From positions 1 to 64,000 of the IMG/VR virus record IMGVR_UViG_3300045988_089718: a stretch of 64,000 nt of DNA. One strand, given 5' to 3'. Made by a program: the position numbers and the translations under genes. The notes beneath the pieces were generated by a model that saw only the letters and a list, made by a program, of their open reading frames with translations, was not told where the DNA came from and made no database searches. Each line of letters opens with the position of its first letter. Within the stretch, counting starts at the first letter, position 1. Shown piece after piece: positions 1 to 7,719 of this stretch. Source of the DNA: a virus.

Positions 1-20
1 AAGTAATAATTCCATATAAT

Positions 21-320
21 ATGTTAACGGGTCGATCAAGTCTCTTGCAGGTACATCAATTGTATCTGCGAGAGATAAAAACTAAGGAACATTTACATTG
101 GCGTAAACAAATCATTAAGACACATAACATGGCTGTAGCCAATCGTAAATCTCACAATTATGCAGTTCAACTTTTAGTAAAAGCTACTAATATTCCATAT
201 TCAGCAGAATTAGCTAAATTAATGAACCTCATAATTAATGAGAAATTTACTCAACGAAAAATGTATTATGTGTCTATTGACACTGCGGTATTTAAACTTG
301 TAAACAATTTAACGATTTAA
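21..320 (+). CDS. hypothetical protein (99 aa)
   Basis: + strand ORF at window start in co-directional compact array; no motif recognised. Confidence 0.45.
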   Translation: MLTGRSSLLQVHQLYLREIKTKEHLHWRKQIIKTHNMAVANRKSHNYAVQLLVKATNIPYSAELAKLMNLIINEKFTQRKMYYVSIDTAVFKLVNNLTI

Positions 321-325
321 ATAAA

Positions 326-790
326 ATGAAAAGATACAACATTTGGAATAAAATTTTCCACAAAAAGGAATTAAACAAGAATGTTGCAAATTATAGACTT
401 CAACAAGGTCTTGTTAATAGCTATGAGTGTTGGCTTACTAAAATTGGTAATGCTAATACTCTAGCTGAGTGTATGATACTCCATAAGCGTATTTGGCGTA
501 AAGGTTTTCGTAATGCTAATCTTGGTCCAGATAAACATGGAATGTTTAGAACTAAAGATATAAATCTTATGACAATAAATGAGGTTTATATTGGAGGAAT
601 CTATGGTCTTAATACTCAAACTATTGCACAATGGGAAGATTCTAAAGAAGAACCATATGATTCTGAACAAACTTGTTACGACATTATTCTGTGCTCTTAT
701 AAAAGATTGTTAAAATCTAATATTATAGCACTTGCAGATAATGCTAAGTTATTAGTAGCAGAATACCAACAAAATAATTATAAGTTATGA
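326..790 (+). CDS. hypothetical protein (154 aa)
   Basis: ORF packed 5 nt after previous stop; no motif recognised. Confidence 0.55.
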   Translation: MKRYNIWNKIFHKKELNKNVANYRLQQGLVNSYECWLTKIGNANTLAECMILHKRIWRKGFRNANLGPDKHGMFRTKDINLMTINEVYIGGIYGLNTQTIAQWEDSKEEPYDSEQTCYDIILCSYKRLLKSNIIALADNAKLLVAEYQQNNYKL

Positions 791-872
791 TATTCTTACA
801 AAATATTATTTTAATTATCCTACTTGTAGGAATAGGTAAAATAGCATATGACGATTTTAAAGAAATGAACTC

Positions 873-1334
873 ATGATAAATGTACAACAAAATGAAAAGG
901 AATATGTAATTTCTATGACTATTCCTTTTAAAAAGGTTGCATTCTCTGAAACTCCATACAAAAGAGATTTCAAGAAGTTTGCAGAAGAAGTATTTGCAGC
1001 TTATACTATAGTTATAGTACAAGCTATAGAAGCTAGAATGAAGGCTTGTGCAAGTAATCTTATTAAGCATTCAGATAGTATAAAGTATTGTGATGATAAA
1101 TACATTACATATATTAGAAAGTCTGGAGGAGAACATACATTCTCTCTTAACGCTTACGAGACTATGCGAAGATTAGTTAAAAAAGTTCAACAATGTAAAT
1201 TGGGTGAATTAACTAAATTTGATCTTAGACAGATTGCTAAAGCTCTTAATTGGGTAGAAAATAAAGTAGATATCAAGGAATATACATTCCAGGACTTAAT
1301 TGATGTAATCGATGAATACAGAGAACTTAAATAA
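873..1334 (+). CDS. hypothetical protein (153 aa)
   Basis: ORF in compact array; no motif recognised. Confidence 0.55.
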   Translation: MINVQQNEKEYVISMTIPFKKVAFSETPYKRDFKKFAEEVFAAYTIVIVQAIEARMKACASNLIKHSDSIKYCDDKYITYIRKSGGEHTFSLNAYETMRRLVKKVQQCKLGELTKFDLRQIAKALNWVENKVDIKEYTFQDLIDVIDEYRELK

Positions 1335-1689
1335 AAAAATTGTATCAGGTTATGAGAGTCTTGCAGGTAAGGCTCTCACAATAGACCATAAGGCTAGAAC
1401 TTATCACATTGGTGATAGAGTAGTCCCATTTTCTTCTTGTGTTATAAAGGAAGGTAATATTTATTACTTAACACCTATGTGTAAAGTTCTTGTTGATATG
1501 GGTTTTAAAGGCGTAACGGATTTTACCTCTAACACAGTTACTTGTACTAGTTTTGATAATTGTAATCGCAATATTAAAACTGTAGGACTTGTAACTATTG
1601 ATGATAGAGTCTTTATTAAGATTACTCTTAATTCAGAGTTTCCAATATATGAAGGTTACGAATCTTTAAGAAATGTAATTTATGAATAA
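1312..1689 (+). CDS. hypothetical protein (125 aa)
   Basis: ORF overlapping previous stop by 23 nt (phage-like coupling). Confidence 0.5.
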   Translation: MNTENLNKKIVSGYESLAGKALTIDHKARTYHIGDRVVPFSSCVIKEGNIYYLTPMCKVLVDMGFKGVTDFTSNTVTCTSFDNCNRNIKTVGLVTIDDRVFIKITLNSEFPIYEGYESLRNVIYE

Positions 1690-1838
1690 AAAAAGAATGA
1701 AGATAATCTCTGCACTCTAGTACTATAGAGTATAATAAATAGTTGACATCTTGGAAAGAAAATTGGTTAATCATAAGACAAGACTTATGTATTTTTAAAA
1801 TAAAATAGTTATCAACAATATACAGTTTAGATCATTTC

Positions 1839-1868
1839 GCTAGTTCGGTCTGTGATAGATAGGGCTAG
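1839..1868 (+). repeat. Hairpin family member A1: stem CTAG/CTAG around conserved loop TTCGGTCTGTGATAGATAGG
   Basis: Read directly; conserved 20-nt loop shared with copies at 1924, 6134, 6317, 7968 and 8162, with a different stem at each copy. Confidence 0.7.
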
Positions 1869-1923
1869 TTACTTTAGTAATCTATTATGTCCATAAGCAC
1901 AATAGATTACAAAGACAAATATT

Positions 1924-1952
1924 AGAGTTCGGTCTGTGATAGATAGGACTCT
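1924..1952 (+). repeat. Hairpin family member A2: stem AGAG/CTCT around loop TTCGGTCTGTGATAGATAGGA
   Basis: Same loop as A1 with a different, covarying stem. Confidence 0.7.
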
Positions 1953-2044
1953 AGTGTAAACCTACATCCTGCATATCCAAAGTAGCAGACTCTTAACGAG
2001 AAAGGTGATGGCACATTATTAATAATTAAATAGTTTAAACAAAA

Positions 2045-2215
2045 ATGGAGACAAAAGACATTATTAAGATTACAGCATTAGTCTTTTCTAAAAAGAAAAC
2101 TATTGCACAAGTTTGCCGAGAGTACAAAGCTATTCATGGTAAAGAACTTCCAATTAAAAGTGACTTAGAAACATTACAGGCACAATTATCTTTGGGAGGA
2201 ATTTTTCAATGGTAA
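2045..2215 (+). CDS. small hypothetical protein (56 aa)
   Basis: ATG ORF (METKDIIKITALVF...) directly upstream of and overlapping the 2209 gene; below the ORF-track size cutoff. Confidence 0.35.
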   Translation: METKDIIKITALVFSKKKTIAQVCREYKAIHGKELPIKSDLETLQAQLSLGGIFQW

Positions 2216-2568
2216 CGATGAATCATAACACCTTGGGAGAATTAGTAATAATGCTCTCAGCACAGATTGATGCTGAGTACAATGTTTCTAAGACTACACA
2301 TTCTAACTATGCTAATGCTTTTAATAAGAAATATCAATATCTTAATAATACATTAAGAATTATTTCTGGAGAAAGTGTAAAAGGAGGAACATTTGCATTA
2401 TATACTAGAAATCCTTTACTAGTGTTATCAGGACTAATTATGGATAAGTACAAGAAAATATTATTTACAGATATAAAAGGTAATACTTTTGTTGTAAATA
2501 ATGTTAAATGGCTTTACCAATATATGAGTTCTAAAAACATTAATACAGAACCAAGAATATATGGATAA
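2209..2568 (+). CDS. hypothetical protein (119 aa)
   Basis: ORF in array. Confidence 0.5.
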   Translation: MVTMNHNTLGELVIMLSAQIDAEYNVSKTTHSNYANAFNKKYQYLNNTLRIISGESVKGGTFALYTRNPLLVLSGLIMDKYKKILFTDIKGNTFVVNNVKWLYQYMSSKNINTEPRIYG

Positions 2569-2959
2569 AGGTTTGCTGGGAATTGTTATACTTGCTTTTA
2601 TTTTATGTGTGATTTGGACTATTGCCGATCATAATAAAGTAATGAAACAAGTAAAACTTGATCAACTAAGAGACATAAAAAGCAATATAAATAATGCTTT
2701 AAGTCTCTACGACTGTTTGTATATACATATTAATATGTATAGTAAAGGATTTACTGGGAGTAAATCTTTGGCATCTGATGGAATAGTATTTCTGTTAGAT
2801 AACTTATCATCTAAAACTGTAATGTTCAAAGAGGGAACTTTAGAATATATCGAAGGTCATTATGAAGCTGATTCTGAAACTTATAAAACAGCATTAGCTA
2901 TATATAAATCTAGATTAAATTCTGAAGTTGATCTTGAACTAGATAGATATAACTATTAA
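2561..2959 (+). CDS. hypothetical membrane-anchored protein (132 aa)
   Basis: N-terminal hydrophobic segment LLGIVILAFILCVIWTIA; overlaps previous gene by 8 nt. Confidence 0.5.
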   Translation: MDKGLLGIVILAFILCVIWTIADHNKVMKQVKLDQLRDIKSNINNALSLYDCLYIHINMYSKGFTGSKSLASDGIVFLLDNLSSKTVMFKEGTLEYIEGHYEADSETYKTALAIYKSRLNSEVDLELDRYNY

Positions 2960-2970
2960 TTTTAAAAATT

Positions 2971-3366
2971 ATGGAATTATTATTTAATGTTAAACAGAAA
3001 AATGTTGTGGCTAAGATTAAGGAAGACTACTTCTTTCTTAGCAAGAAACCAAAGAAACTAGAGTTTGCTGATGAAAAGCATAAAACTCTAGTCTTAAAAC
3101 ATTTTAAGACTCTGAAACCAACTATTGAGGAGCATTCAGTTATTGATGAATCATTAACTGTAGATGAGTGGAAAGATTTTCCAGTATGGTTAGAAAATGA
3201 ATCTAATGGTGCTGAAGGGAATCTTGAGATTACTAAATTTGCTTATGGTAATATTAAACTGTATGTAAATGGGGGATGTCTTTGTGGCAATGTTCCAGAA
3301 TATGCTTTAAAAGGCATCATCGAGTTATTCAAACAATCTAAAACGAAAGAAAATGCAGACAATTAA
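2971..3366 (+). CDS. hypothetical protein (131 aa)
   Basis: ORF in array. Confidence 0.5.
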   Translation: MELLFNVKQKNVVAKIKEDYFFLSKKPKKLEFADEKHKTLVLKHFKTLKPTIEEHSVIDESLTVDEWKDFPVWLENESNGAEGNLEITKFAYGNIKLYVNGGCLCGNVPEYALKGIIELFKQSKTKENADN

Positions 3367-3868
3367 GAAAGTAAAGTACAACATTGAGAGAGTTGGTAAC
3401 AGTACATTTTGTACTATGTCTTGTGATCTGGAATATATAATGGGTCACTTAGAAGGAGCTAATGTAAAGGTTTCAGAAGCTGACACTTCTGTACTTTTTA
3501 AAATTGCGAATTCTAAAGAGAGAAAGATTTTTATTAAGAATCTTATTCCTTGGGGACTTACTGTTGATAATTCTACTATTACAATCGTTGCTAAAATTAC
3601 TTTAAGTAAAAATGACAAGGACGACCAGGCAGTAGCTAATCAAATTGTAAGAGACAAAGCTATGCACACTATGTGTAAAGTTATTGCAAATGCTCTGCAT
3701 CAAGCTTTAGAATCTACTTATAATAGAGTAGCTAAAGTAAACAATATTATTGATAAGTTGGATCATATTGCTTACTATTCAAAATATAGTGAGAGTGACA
3801 CAACTTGTGATCTTGGGGATTGTTCAGATCCAGGAGATGATGATGTAGATGTTACAGACGTACTATAA
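3353..3868 (+). CDS. hypothetical protein with acidic C-terminus (171 aa)
   Basis: ORF; C-terminal DPGDDDVDVTDVL. Confidence 0.5.
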   Translation: MQTIKKVKYNIERVGNSTFCTMSCDLEYIMGHLEGANVKVSEADTSVLFKIANSKERKIFIKNLIPWGLTVDNSTITIVAKITLSKNDKDDQAVANQIVRDKAMHTMCKVIANALHQALESTYNRVAKVNNIIDKLDHIAYYSKYSESDTTCDLGDCSDPGDDDVDVTDVL

Positions 3869-3983
3869 AACTGTCTTTGTATTGTATTAAAGTTTAAAAT
3901 TTGTAAAATATAACGATTTAAACTATAAAATTTGAAATTAACAAATTTTTACTTTTACAATGGATATTTGAAACTATAGTAGA

Positions 3984-4247
3984 GTGTTGTTGAGAAACAA
4001 TGCTCTATATACTATTAACTTTATAAAAATTATAATTATGAAAGTTTTAAGAAAGATATATAATGTTATTAACAATAGCATTCAGTCTCGTGTAGTCAAT
4101 TCTAAAGAAGAGGCTAACAAATACATTATTTCGCTCAATAGAACTTTAGAAAATAAAGTATCTCTTGAGACAGTAAATAATAAACAGATAGAAGCCATTA
4201 AAATTAATGGTAAATGGTGTATATCTGAAACTGAAATAATAGAGTAA
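3984..4247 (+). CDS. hypothetical protein (87 aa)
   Basis: ORF before the tRNA cluster. Confidence 0.4.
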   Translation: MLLRNNALYTINFIKIIIMKVLRKIYNVINNSIQSRVVNSKEEANKYIISLNRTLENKVSLETVNNKQIEAIKINGKWCISETEIIE

Positions 4248-4273
4248 TTCTGTAAAGTTCATATATATTGTTG

Positions 4274-4296
4274 GCAACTAGCAGACAATTAGTTGC
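4274..4296 (+). repeat. Perfect palindrome GCAACTA-GCAGACAAT-TAGTTGC immediately upstream of tRNA-Arg; copy 1 of 2
   Basis: About 30 nt block ATATTGTTGGCAACTAGCAGAnAATTAGTTGC repeated at 7581-7613, both times directly 5' of a tRNA. Confidence 0.6.
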
Positions 4297-4300
4297 ACTT

Positions 4301-4373
4301 GGTCCTGTAGCTCAGTGTATAGAGCAGGAATCTTCTAAATTCCGGGTCGTGAGTTAGATTCTCGCCAGGACCA
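4301..4373 (+). tRNA. tRNA-Arg (anticodon TCT)
   Basis: Cloverleaf folded by hand: acceptor GGTCCTG/CAGGACC, D arm TAGCTCAGTGTATAGAGC, anticodon stem GGAAT/ATTCC with loop CTTCTAA, T loop GTTAGATTC. Confidence 0.85.
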
Positions 4374-4378
4374 CATAT

Positions 4379-4459
4379 ACGGAGTTCGCTTAATGGTTAG
4401 GGCACCTCACTTCCACAATTCATAGAGAGGGTATATTGGTTCGAATCCTTTACTCCGTA
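4379..4459 (+). tRNA. tRNA-like gene, non-canonical (about 18-nt loop in the anticodon region)
   Basis: Acceptor ACGGAGT/ACTCCGT pairs perfectly; D arm GCTT-AATGGTTA-GGGC; T loop TTCGAAT. The only stem in the anticodon region is CCTC/GAGG enclosing 18 nt. Architecture shared with 4890-4970. Confidence 0.5.
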
Positions 4460-4483
4460 CTAATATTAAAAAGATTGAGTAAT

Positions 4484-4834
4484 ATGAAAAAGATTATCTT
4501 ATTGATGAGTTTTATTGTATTAACTACAATAGCTCATGCGTTTAATTACGGTTCTATCACTATTTATCAAGATGGTGAATGGGGCAAGCCATTATATATT
4601 AAAACTTCAGTAGTATATAATAAGGCTAGAAAAACTATTACTTTTAGTAATAGTAAGTTTGGTAAAATGGTATTAAAAATATACTCTTCTGAAATGAAGG
4701 ATGGAGTAGAAATCCATAACTGTGGAGAGGTTAATACAGGGAGACGCTTTGTTGTCTTTATTACAGTGAGGAATAAAATTCCTTATGTGACTCTTAGTAC
4801 TTCCGCAGATACCATGTTTTCATTTGGCTTTTAA
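4484..4834 (+). CDS. secreted hypothetical protein (116 aa)
   Basis: Internal ATG giving signal-peptide-like MKKIILLMSFIVLTTIAHA. The 4436 start in the ORF track lies inside the preceding tRNA-like gene, so the later start is preferred. Confidence 0.5.
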   Translation: MKKIILLMSFIVLTTIAHAFNYGSITIYQDGEWGKPLYIKTSVVYNKARKTITFSNSKFGKMVLKIYSSEMKDGVEIHNCGEVNTGRRFVVFITVRNKIPYVTLSTSADTMFSFGF

Positions 4835-4889
4835 GTTTCCATAATAATGTGTTAACGTTTTACTAGTTTTCCGATATAAACTAGTACTT

Positions 4890-4970
4890 ACGGTAGTAGC
4901 TCAGTGGTTAGAACATCTCTTTATATAGGTCATTTCGAGATGGTCATTGGTTCGAATCCTTTCTACCGTA
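4890..4970 (+). tRNA. tRNA-like gene, non-canonical (about 17-nt loop in the anticodon region), paralog of 4379-4459
   Basis: Acceptor ACGGTAG/CTACCGT pairs perfectly; D arm GCTC-AGTGGTTA-GAAC; stem ATCTC/GAGAT encloses 17 nt; T arm ATTGG-TTCGAAT-CCTTT. Confidence 0.5.
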
Positions 4971-5214
4971 CAAATTCAATTTGATAGAGATGGAGGTGAG
5001 ATCTTCAATTATTAGATAGCTTGGCTAACTATCAATAGTTTCGTTTAAAATGCTCATTTATGTAGAATTTCTACAATCACCAGCCATGATTTGAGAAGAC
5101 CCTATCATTTTAATAGAATTTGATATATTGTTAATGTGTATAATAATCCTGACTAATAAATCTATTAGTATGGGTAGGTGTTACCACTATTCTCCTTACA
5201 GAAATGTGGGCTAT

Positions 5215-5287
5215 GGAGATATAGCTTAGAAGGTCAGAGCGCGGGACTGAAAATCCCGAGATTGTGGTTCGATTCCACGTGTCTCCA
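5215..5287 (+). tRNA. tRNA-Phe (anticodon GAA)
   Basis: Acceptor GGAGATA/TGTCTCC; anticodon stem CGGGA/TCCCG with loop CTGAAAA; T loop TTCGATT. Confidence 0.85.
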
Positions 5288-5291
5288 CTAT

Positions 5292-5381
5292 GTACGGATG
5301 CCTGAGTGGTCGAAAGGGTAGGTCTCCAAAACCTACAGAGACGAAAGTTGAACAACGTAGGTCCGAATCCTACTCCGTATG
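5292..5381 (+). tRNA. Type II (long variable arm) tRNA with apparent anticodon CCA
   Basis: Acceptor GTACGGA/TCCGTAT; 3-bp D stem; anticodon stem TAGGT/ACCTA with loop CTCCAAA; about 22-nt variable arm; T arm GTAGG-TCCGAAT-CCTAC (C at position 55). Confidence 0.6.
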
Positions 5382-5404
5382 CAAATAAATCAAATAAATA
5401 AAAT

Positions 5405-6019
5405 ATGGTAAATTGGGATAATGAAATTGAAAAGCTAAAAGACTATGTATTTACATAGAAACTTTCTTATGAAGAAATTGGTAGAATTTATAATTGTACT
5501 GGTGGCAACATAAAGAAAGTAATGCAGAGAAGAGGTATAGAATTACCTATTCGATCTAAAAATGCAGGAAAAGAACCTATTAATAAAGGTACTGGCAAAA
5601 AATGTTATTGTTTAAACTGTGGTAAAGATATTACAGATGCCAGAAATACTACCCATAAATATTGTTCTAATAAATGTCAACGTGAATATGAGTATAAACA
5701 ATGGGTTCAACAATATAAAGAAGATAACTCTATAGCTAAATCTACTAAATGGGGTTAGATACCTGGTCATTTAAGACATTATATATTTGATAAATTTGAT
5801 AACAAGTGTTGTATATGTGGTTGGTCAAAAATAAATCCCTACACAAATACAATTCCTTTAGAAATTGATCATATAGATGGAAATTCAGAAAATAACTCAG
5901 AAGATAACTTAAGATTAATATGTCCTAACTGTCATTCTCTAACCTCTACTTATAGAGGAGCTAATAGAGGTCAAGGAAGAAATATTACTTGGATTATTAA
6001 AGATAAATCTGCCCTCTAA
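5405..6019 (+). CDS. HNH homing-endonuclease-like protein; reading frame contains two in-frame TAG codons (5456-5458 and 5756-5758); either TAG-recoded or a pseudogene
   Basis: Single frame from ATG 5405: MVNWDNEIEKLKDYVFT-TAG-KLSYEEIGRIYNCTGGNIKKVMQRRGIELP...KSTKWG-TAG-IPGHLRHYIFDKFDNKCCICGWSKINP...EIDHIDGNSENNSEDNLRLICPNCH. The classic HNH motif (CxxC...HID..N...N...CxxCH) lies entirely downstream of the second TAG. Confidence 0.6.
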
Positions 6020-6133
6020 GCTTTAAGGTGAAGCACGAAACTTTTAATTTCGGGAAGACAGGTCAGTACTGTCAGGGGGTACTCCACATCTATTTTCGTT
6101 TTAGTCAAAATTTAAAATTAGACAAAAATCAAA

Positions 6134-6162
6134 GATTCTTGGTCTGCGATAGATAGAGAATC
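6134..6162 (+). repeat. Hairpin family member A3: stem GATTC/GAATC around loop TTGGTCTGCGATAGATAGA
   Basis: Conserved loop, covarying stem; lies just 5' of tRNA-Glu. Confidence 0.65.
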
Positions 6163-6167
6163 TACTT

Positions 6168-6240
6168 GGCACTATCGTCTACCTGGTTAGGACGCCACTC
6201 TTTCAAGGTGGAAAAACGATTTCGAGCATCGTTAGTGCTA
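6168..6240 (+). tRNA. tRNA-Glu (anticodon TTC)
   Basis: Acceptor GGCACTA/TAGTGCT; anticodon stem CCACT/GGTGG with loop CTTTCAA. Confidence 0.8.
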
Positions 6241-6316
6241 CCCTTTAAATAAAACTAATACGATTAATGTTTAAGATATAAAGTCAGCGGACTTTATAAC
6301 GTTAAAGAGTTGTTAG

Positions 6317-6342
6317 GCTTCTTGTCTGTGAAGATAGGAAGC
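6317..6342 (+). repeat. Hairpin family member A4: stem GCTTC/GAAGC around loop TTGTCTGTGAAGATAGG
   Basis: Conserved loop, covarying stem; just 5' of tRNA-Ser. Confidence 0.65.
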
Positions 6343-6348
6343 TTTATT

Positions 6349-6436
6349 GGAGAAATGACTGAGCGGTCGAAAGTGGCACCCTGCTAAGGTGTTAGTCATG
6401 TTATGTGGCTCGAAGGTTCGAATCCTTCTTTCTCCG
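6349..6436 (+). tRNA. tRNA-Ser (anticodon GCT), type II
   Basis: Acceptor GGAGAAA/TTTCTCC; anticodon stem GCACC/GGTGT with loop CTGCTAA; long variable arm; T arm AAGG-TTCGAAT-CCTT. Confidence 0.85.
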
Positions 6437-6442
6437 CTATAT

Positions 6443-6513
6443 TGGGTTATGGTGTAATGGTAGCACTACAGATTTTGGTTCTGTCAGCTCCAGTTCGAAT
6501 CTGGGTAGCCCAA
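6443..6513 (+). tRNA. tRNA-Gln (anticodon TTG)
   Basis: Acceptor TGGGTTA/TAGCCCA; D arm GTGT-AATGGTA-GCAC; anticodon stem ACAGA/TCTGT with loop TTTTGGT; T arm TCCAG-TTCGAAT-CTGGG. Confidence 0.75.
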
Positions 6514-6520
6514 CAACTTA

Positions 6521-6598
6521 CAGGTGACTTACGGTGTGGGAACCGTTATCTATTAAAGATATATAGCCCATGGGCATTAGCCTAAGGAGTTCGAATCT
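6521..6598 (+). tRNA. tRNA-like fragment (T arm GGAG-TTCGAAT-CTCT and D-arm-like ACGG-TGTGGGAA-CCGT; no pairing acceptor found)
   Basis: tRNA-like local elements but no consistent cloverleaf by hand; needs tRNAscan/Infernal. Confidence 0.25.
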
Positions 6599-6796
6599 CT
6601 AAGCCTGACAATTTTAATAGGTACTAAACAACTCTCAGTAACTCTATTAAATAGCGTAATTACCTTAAAATTAATCATTTGAGTTAAAAAGAGAAAGAAC
6701 GTTAGATAGCTGAGGACAATGGAATAGTTTAAATATAACCAGTGAAAATCGCCTATTATTTAAATAGATTATTAACACATTAATTATAGATAAATT

Positions 6797-7186
6797 ATGA
6801 CAAGACAAGATTATTTTGTTAGAAAAACCAATTTAATAGCACAAATAGAAAGTGCTAAGAAGTTTGGTTGTAAAAATGTACTTAAGTGTGCTAAATTAGA
6901 TTTAGCCAAGCTTGAAGAAAAGTACAAAAAAGAACATCTTTCTAATCCTCTGTTCAGTTACATGGTAACTGATGAAGAAATGGATGAGCTTATTAGAAAT
7001 GATGAAAAGCCTACATTTAAAATTAAAGTAACTTTCAAAAGTGGTGAAGCTTATGATTTAATGTTTTACCATGAACTTAAAAGTGGAGTTAAACATTCTG
7101 ATGTTGTGAAATGGGCGATGAAAGGGTTAATTAAAACTATCTATCATCCTGAAAATATTGTAGATGCTCGTTTTATTATGGGTTAA
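6797..7186 (+). CDS. hypothetical protein (129 aa)
   Basis: ORF embedded in the tRNA cluster. Confidence 0.5.
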   Translation: MTRQDYFVRKTNLIAQIESAKKFGCKNVLKCAKLDLAKLEEKYKKEHLSNPLFSYMVTDEEMDELIRNDEKPTFKIKVTFKSGEAYDLMFYHELKSGVKHSDVVKWAMKGLIKTIYHPENIVDARFIMG

Positions 7187-7191
7187 GAGAT

Positions 7192-7551
7192 ATGGAAATA
7201 AAAACAATACAAATTGATTCTGATACATTTTTAGTGTTTAAGGGACGAGAGTACAGACAGATAAACATAGAAGACATTGTATGTTTAAAAACATCTGGTA
7301 AATATAGTACTATAATAGATGTTCATGGCTATAAAATTGATGTGTGTTGTTCATTAAAAGAAATTACACATGTTTTATGTATTGATTTTATTCTTGCAAC
7401 ACAAGGATTTTTGATAAATCATAAATACATATCTGAGATAATTAGAAAGAATGATGAAAATAATACATATATCTTAAAATTAAATGATGATATTCATACA
7501 ACTGTGGATATTTCACTACATATAGCTACAAACATGTTAAAACAATTGTAA
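7192..7551 (+). CDS. hypothetical protein (119 aa)
   Basis: ORF embedded in the tRNA cluster. Confidence 0.5.
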   Translation: MEIKTIQIDSDTFLVFKGREYRQINIEDIVCLKTSGKYSTIIDVHGYKIDVCCSLKEITHVLCIDFILATQGFLINHKYISEIIRKNDENNTYILKLNDDIHTTVDISLHIATNMLKQL

Positions 7552-7590
7552 TACCATAATAGTTTAAGGTTTATAAAATAAATATTGTTG

Positions 7591-7613
7591 GCAACTAGCA
7601 GATAATTAGTTGC
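7591..7613 (+). repeat. Palindrome GCAACTA-GCAGATAAT-TAGTTGC upstream of tRNA-Leu; copy 2 of the 4274 element
   Basis: Near-identical roughly 30-nt block with the same position relative to a tRNA start. Confidence 0.6.
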
Positions 7614-7618
7614 TATCT

Positions 7619-7704
7619 GGCTCAGTGGTGGAATTGGTAGACACGAGGGACTTAAAATCCCTTGACCAGGAATGGTCGTGCAAGTTCGATTCTTGTCTGA
7701 GCTA
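7619..7704 (+). tRNA. tRNA-Leu (anticodon TAA), type II
   Basis: D loop TGGTGGAATTGGTAGACAC typical of tRNA-Leu; anticodon stem AGGGA/TCCCT with loop CTTAAAA; acceptor GGCTCAG/CTGAGCT (G1-U72). Confidence 0.85.
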
Positions 7705-7719
7705 CAATAATAAACTAAC

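Noticed and set aside
461-670. Minus-strand ORFs from the six-frame track (461-670, 744-1070, 5131-5355, 11537-11725, 12166-12348, 14683-15072, 24003-24356, 24433-24699, 25603-25869, 27128-27499, 27503-27706, 27997-28206, 28767-28958, 29158-29508, 30286-30582, 31261-31446, 32414-32626, 35944-36225, 37150-37407, 40897-41103, 41300-41533, 42242-42529, 42866-43090, 43704-44057, 45950-46189, 47585-47800, 48062-48262, 50203-50457, 50642-50860, 52419-52610, 52588-52785, 52743-52955, 53507-53758, 54279-54524, 56602-56826, 61042-61227)
   Set aside because: All lie antisense within well-supported + strand genes or inside tRNA/tmRNA/ncRNA regions. Their translations are low-complexity (Ile/Leu/Ser-rich), as expected for antisense frames of AT-rich DNA. 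No minus-strand gene looks real in this window.
4436-4483. Upstream start of ORF 4436-4834
   Set aside because: The 5' 48 nt overlap the tRNA-like gene at 4379-4459. The internal ATG at 4484, which yields a clean signal peptide, is preferred.
6020-6110. Anticodon-arm-like hairpin CGAAA-CTTTTAA-TTTCG (would be Lys-TTT) with a D-arm-like GCTT-TAAGGTG-AAGC just after the HNH gene
   Set aside because: I found no T arm or pairing acceptor stem downstream. It is probably a tRNA fragment or remnant or a terminator-like structure, and it was not called as a tRNA.
6403-6585. + strand ORF 6403-6585 (60 aa)
   Set aside because: It runs straight through tRNA-Ser, tRNA-Gln and the following tRNA-like element, so it is an artefact of an ORF-free tRNA region.
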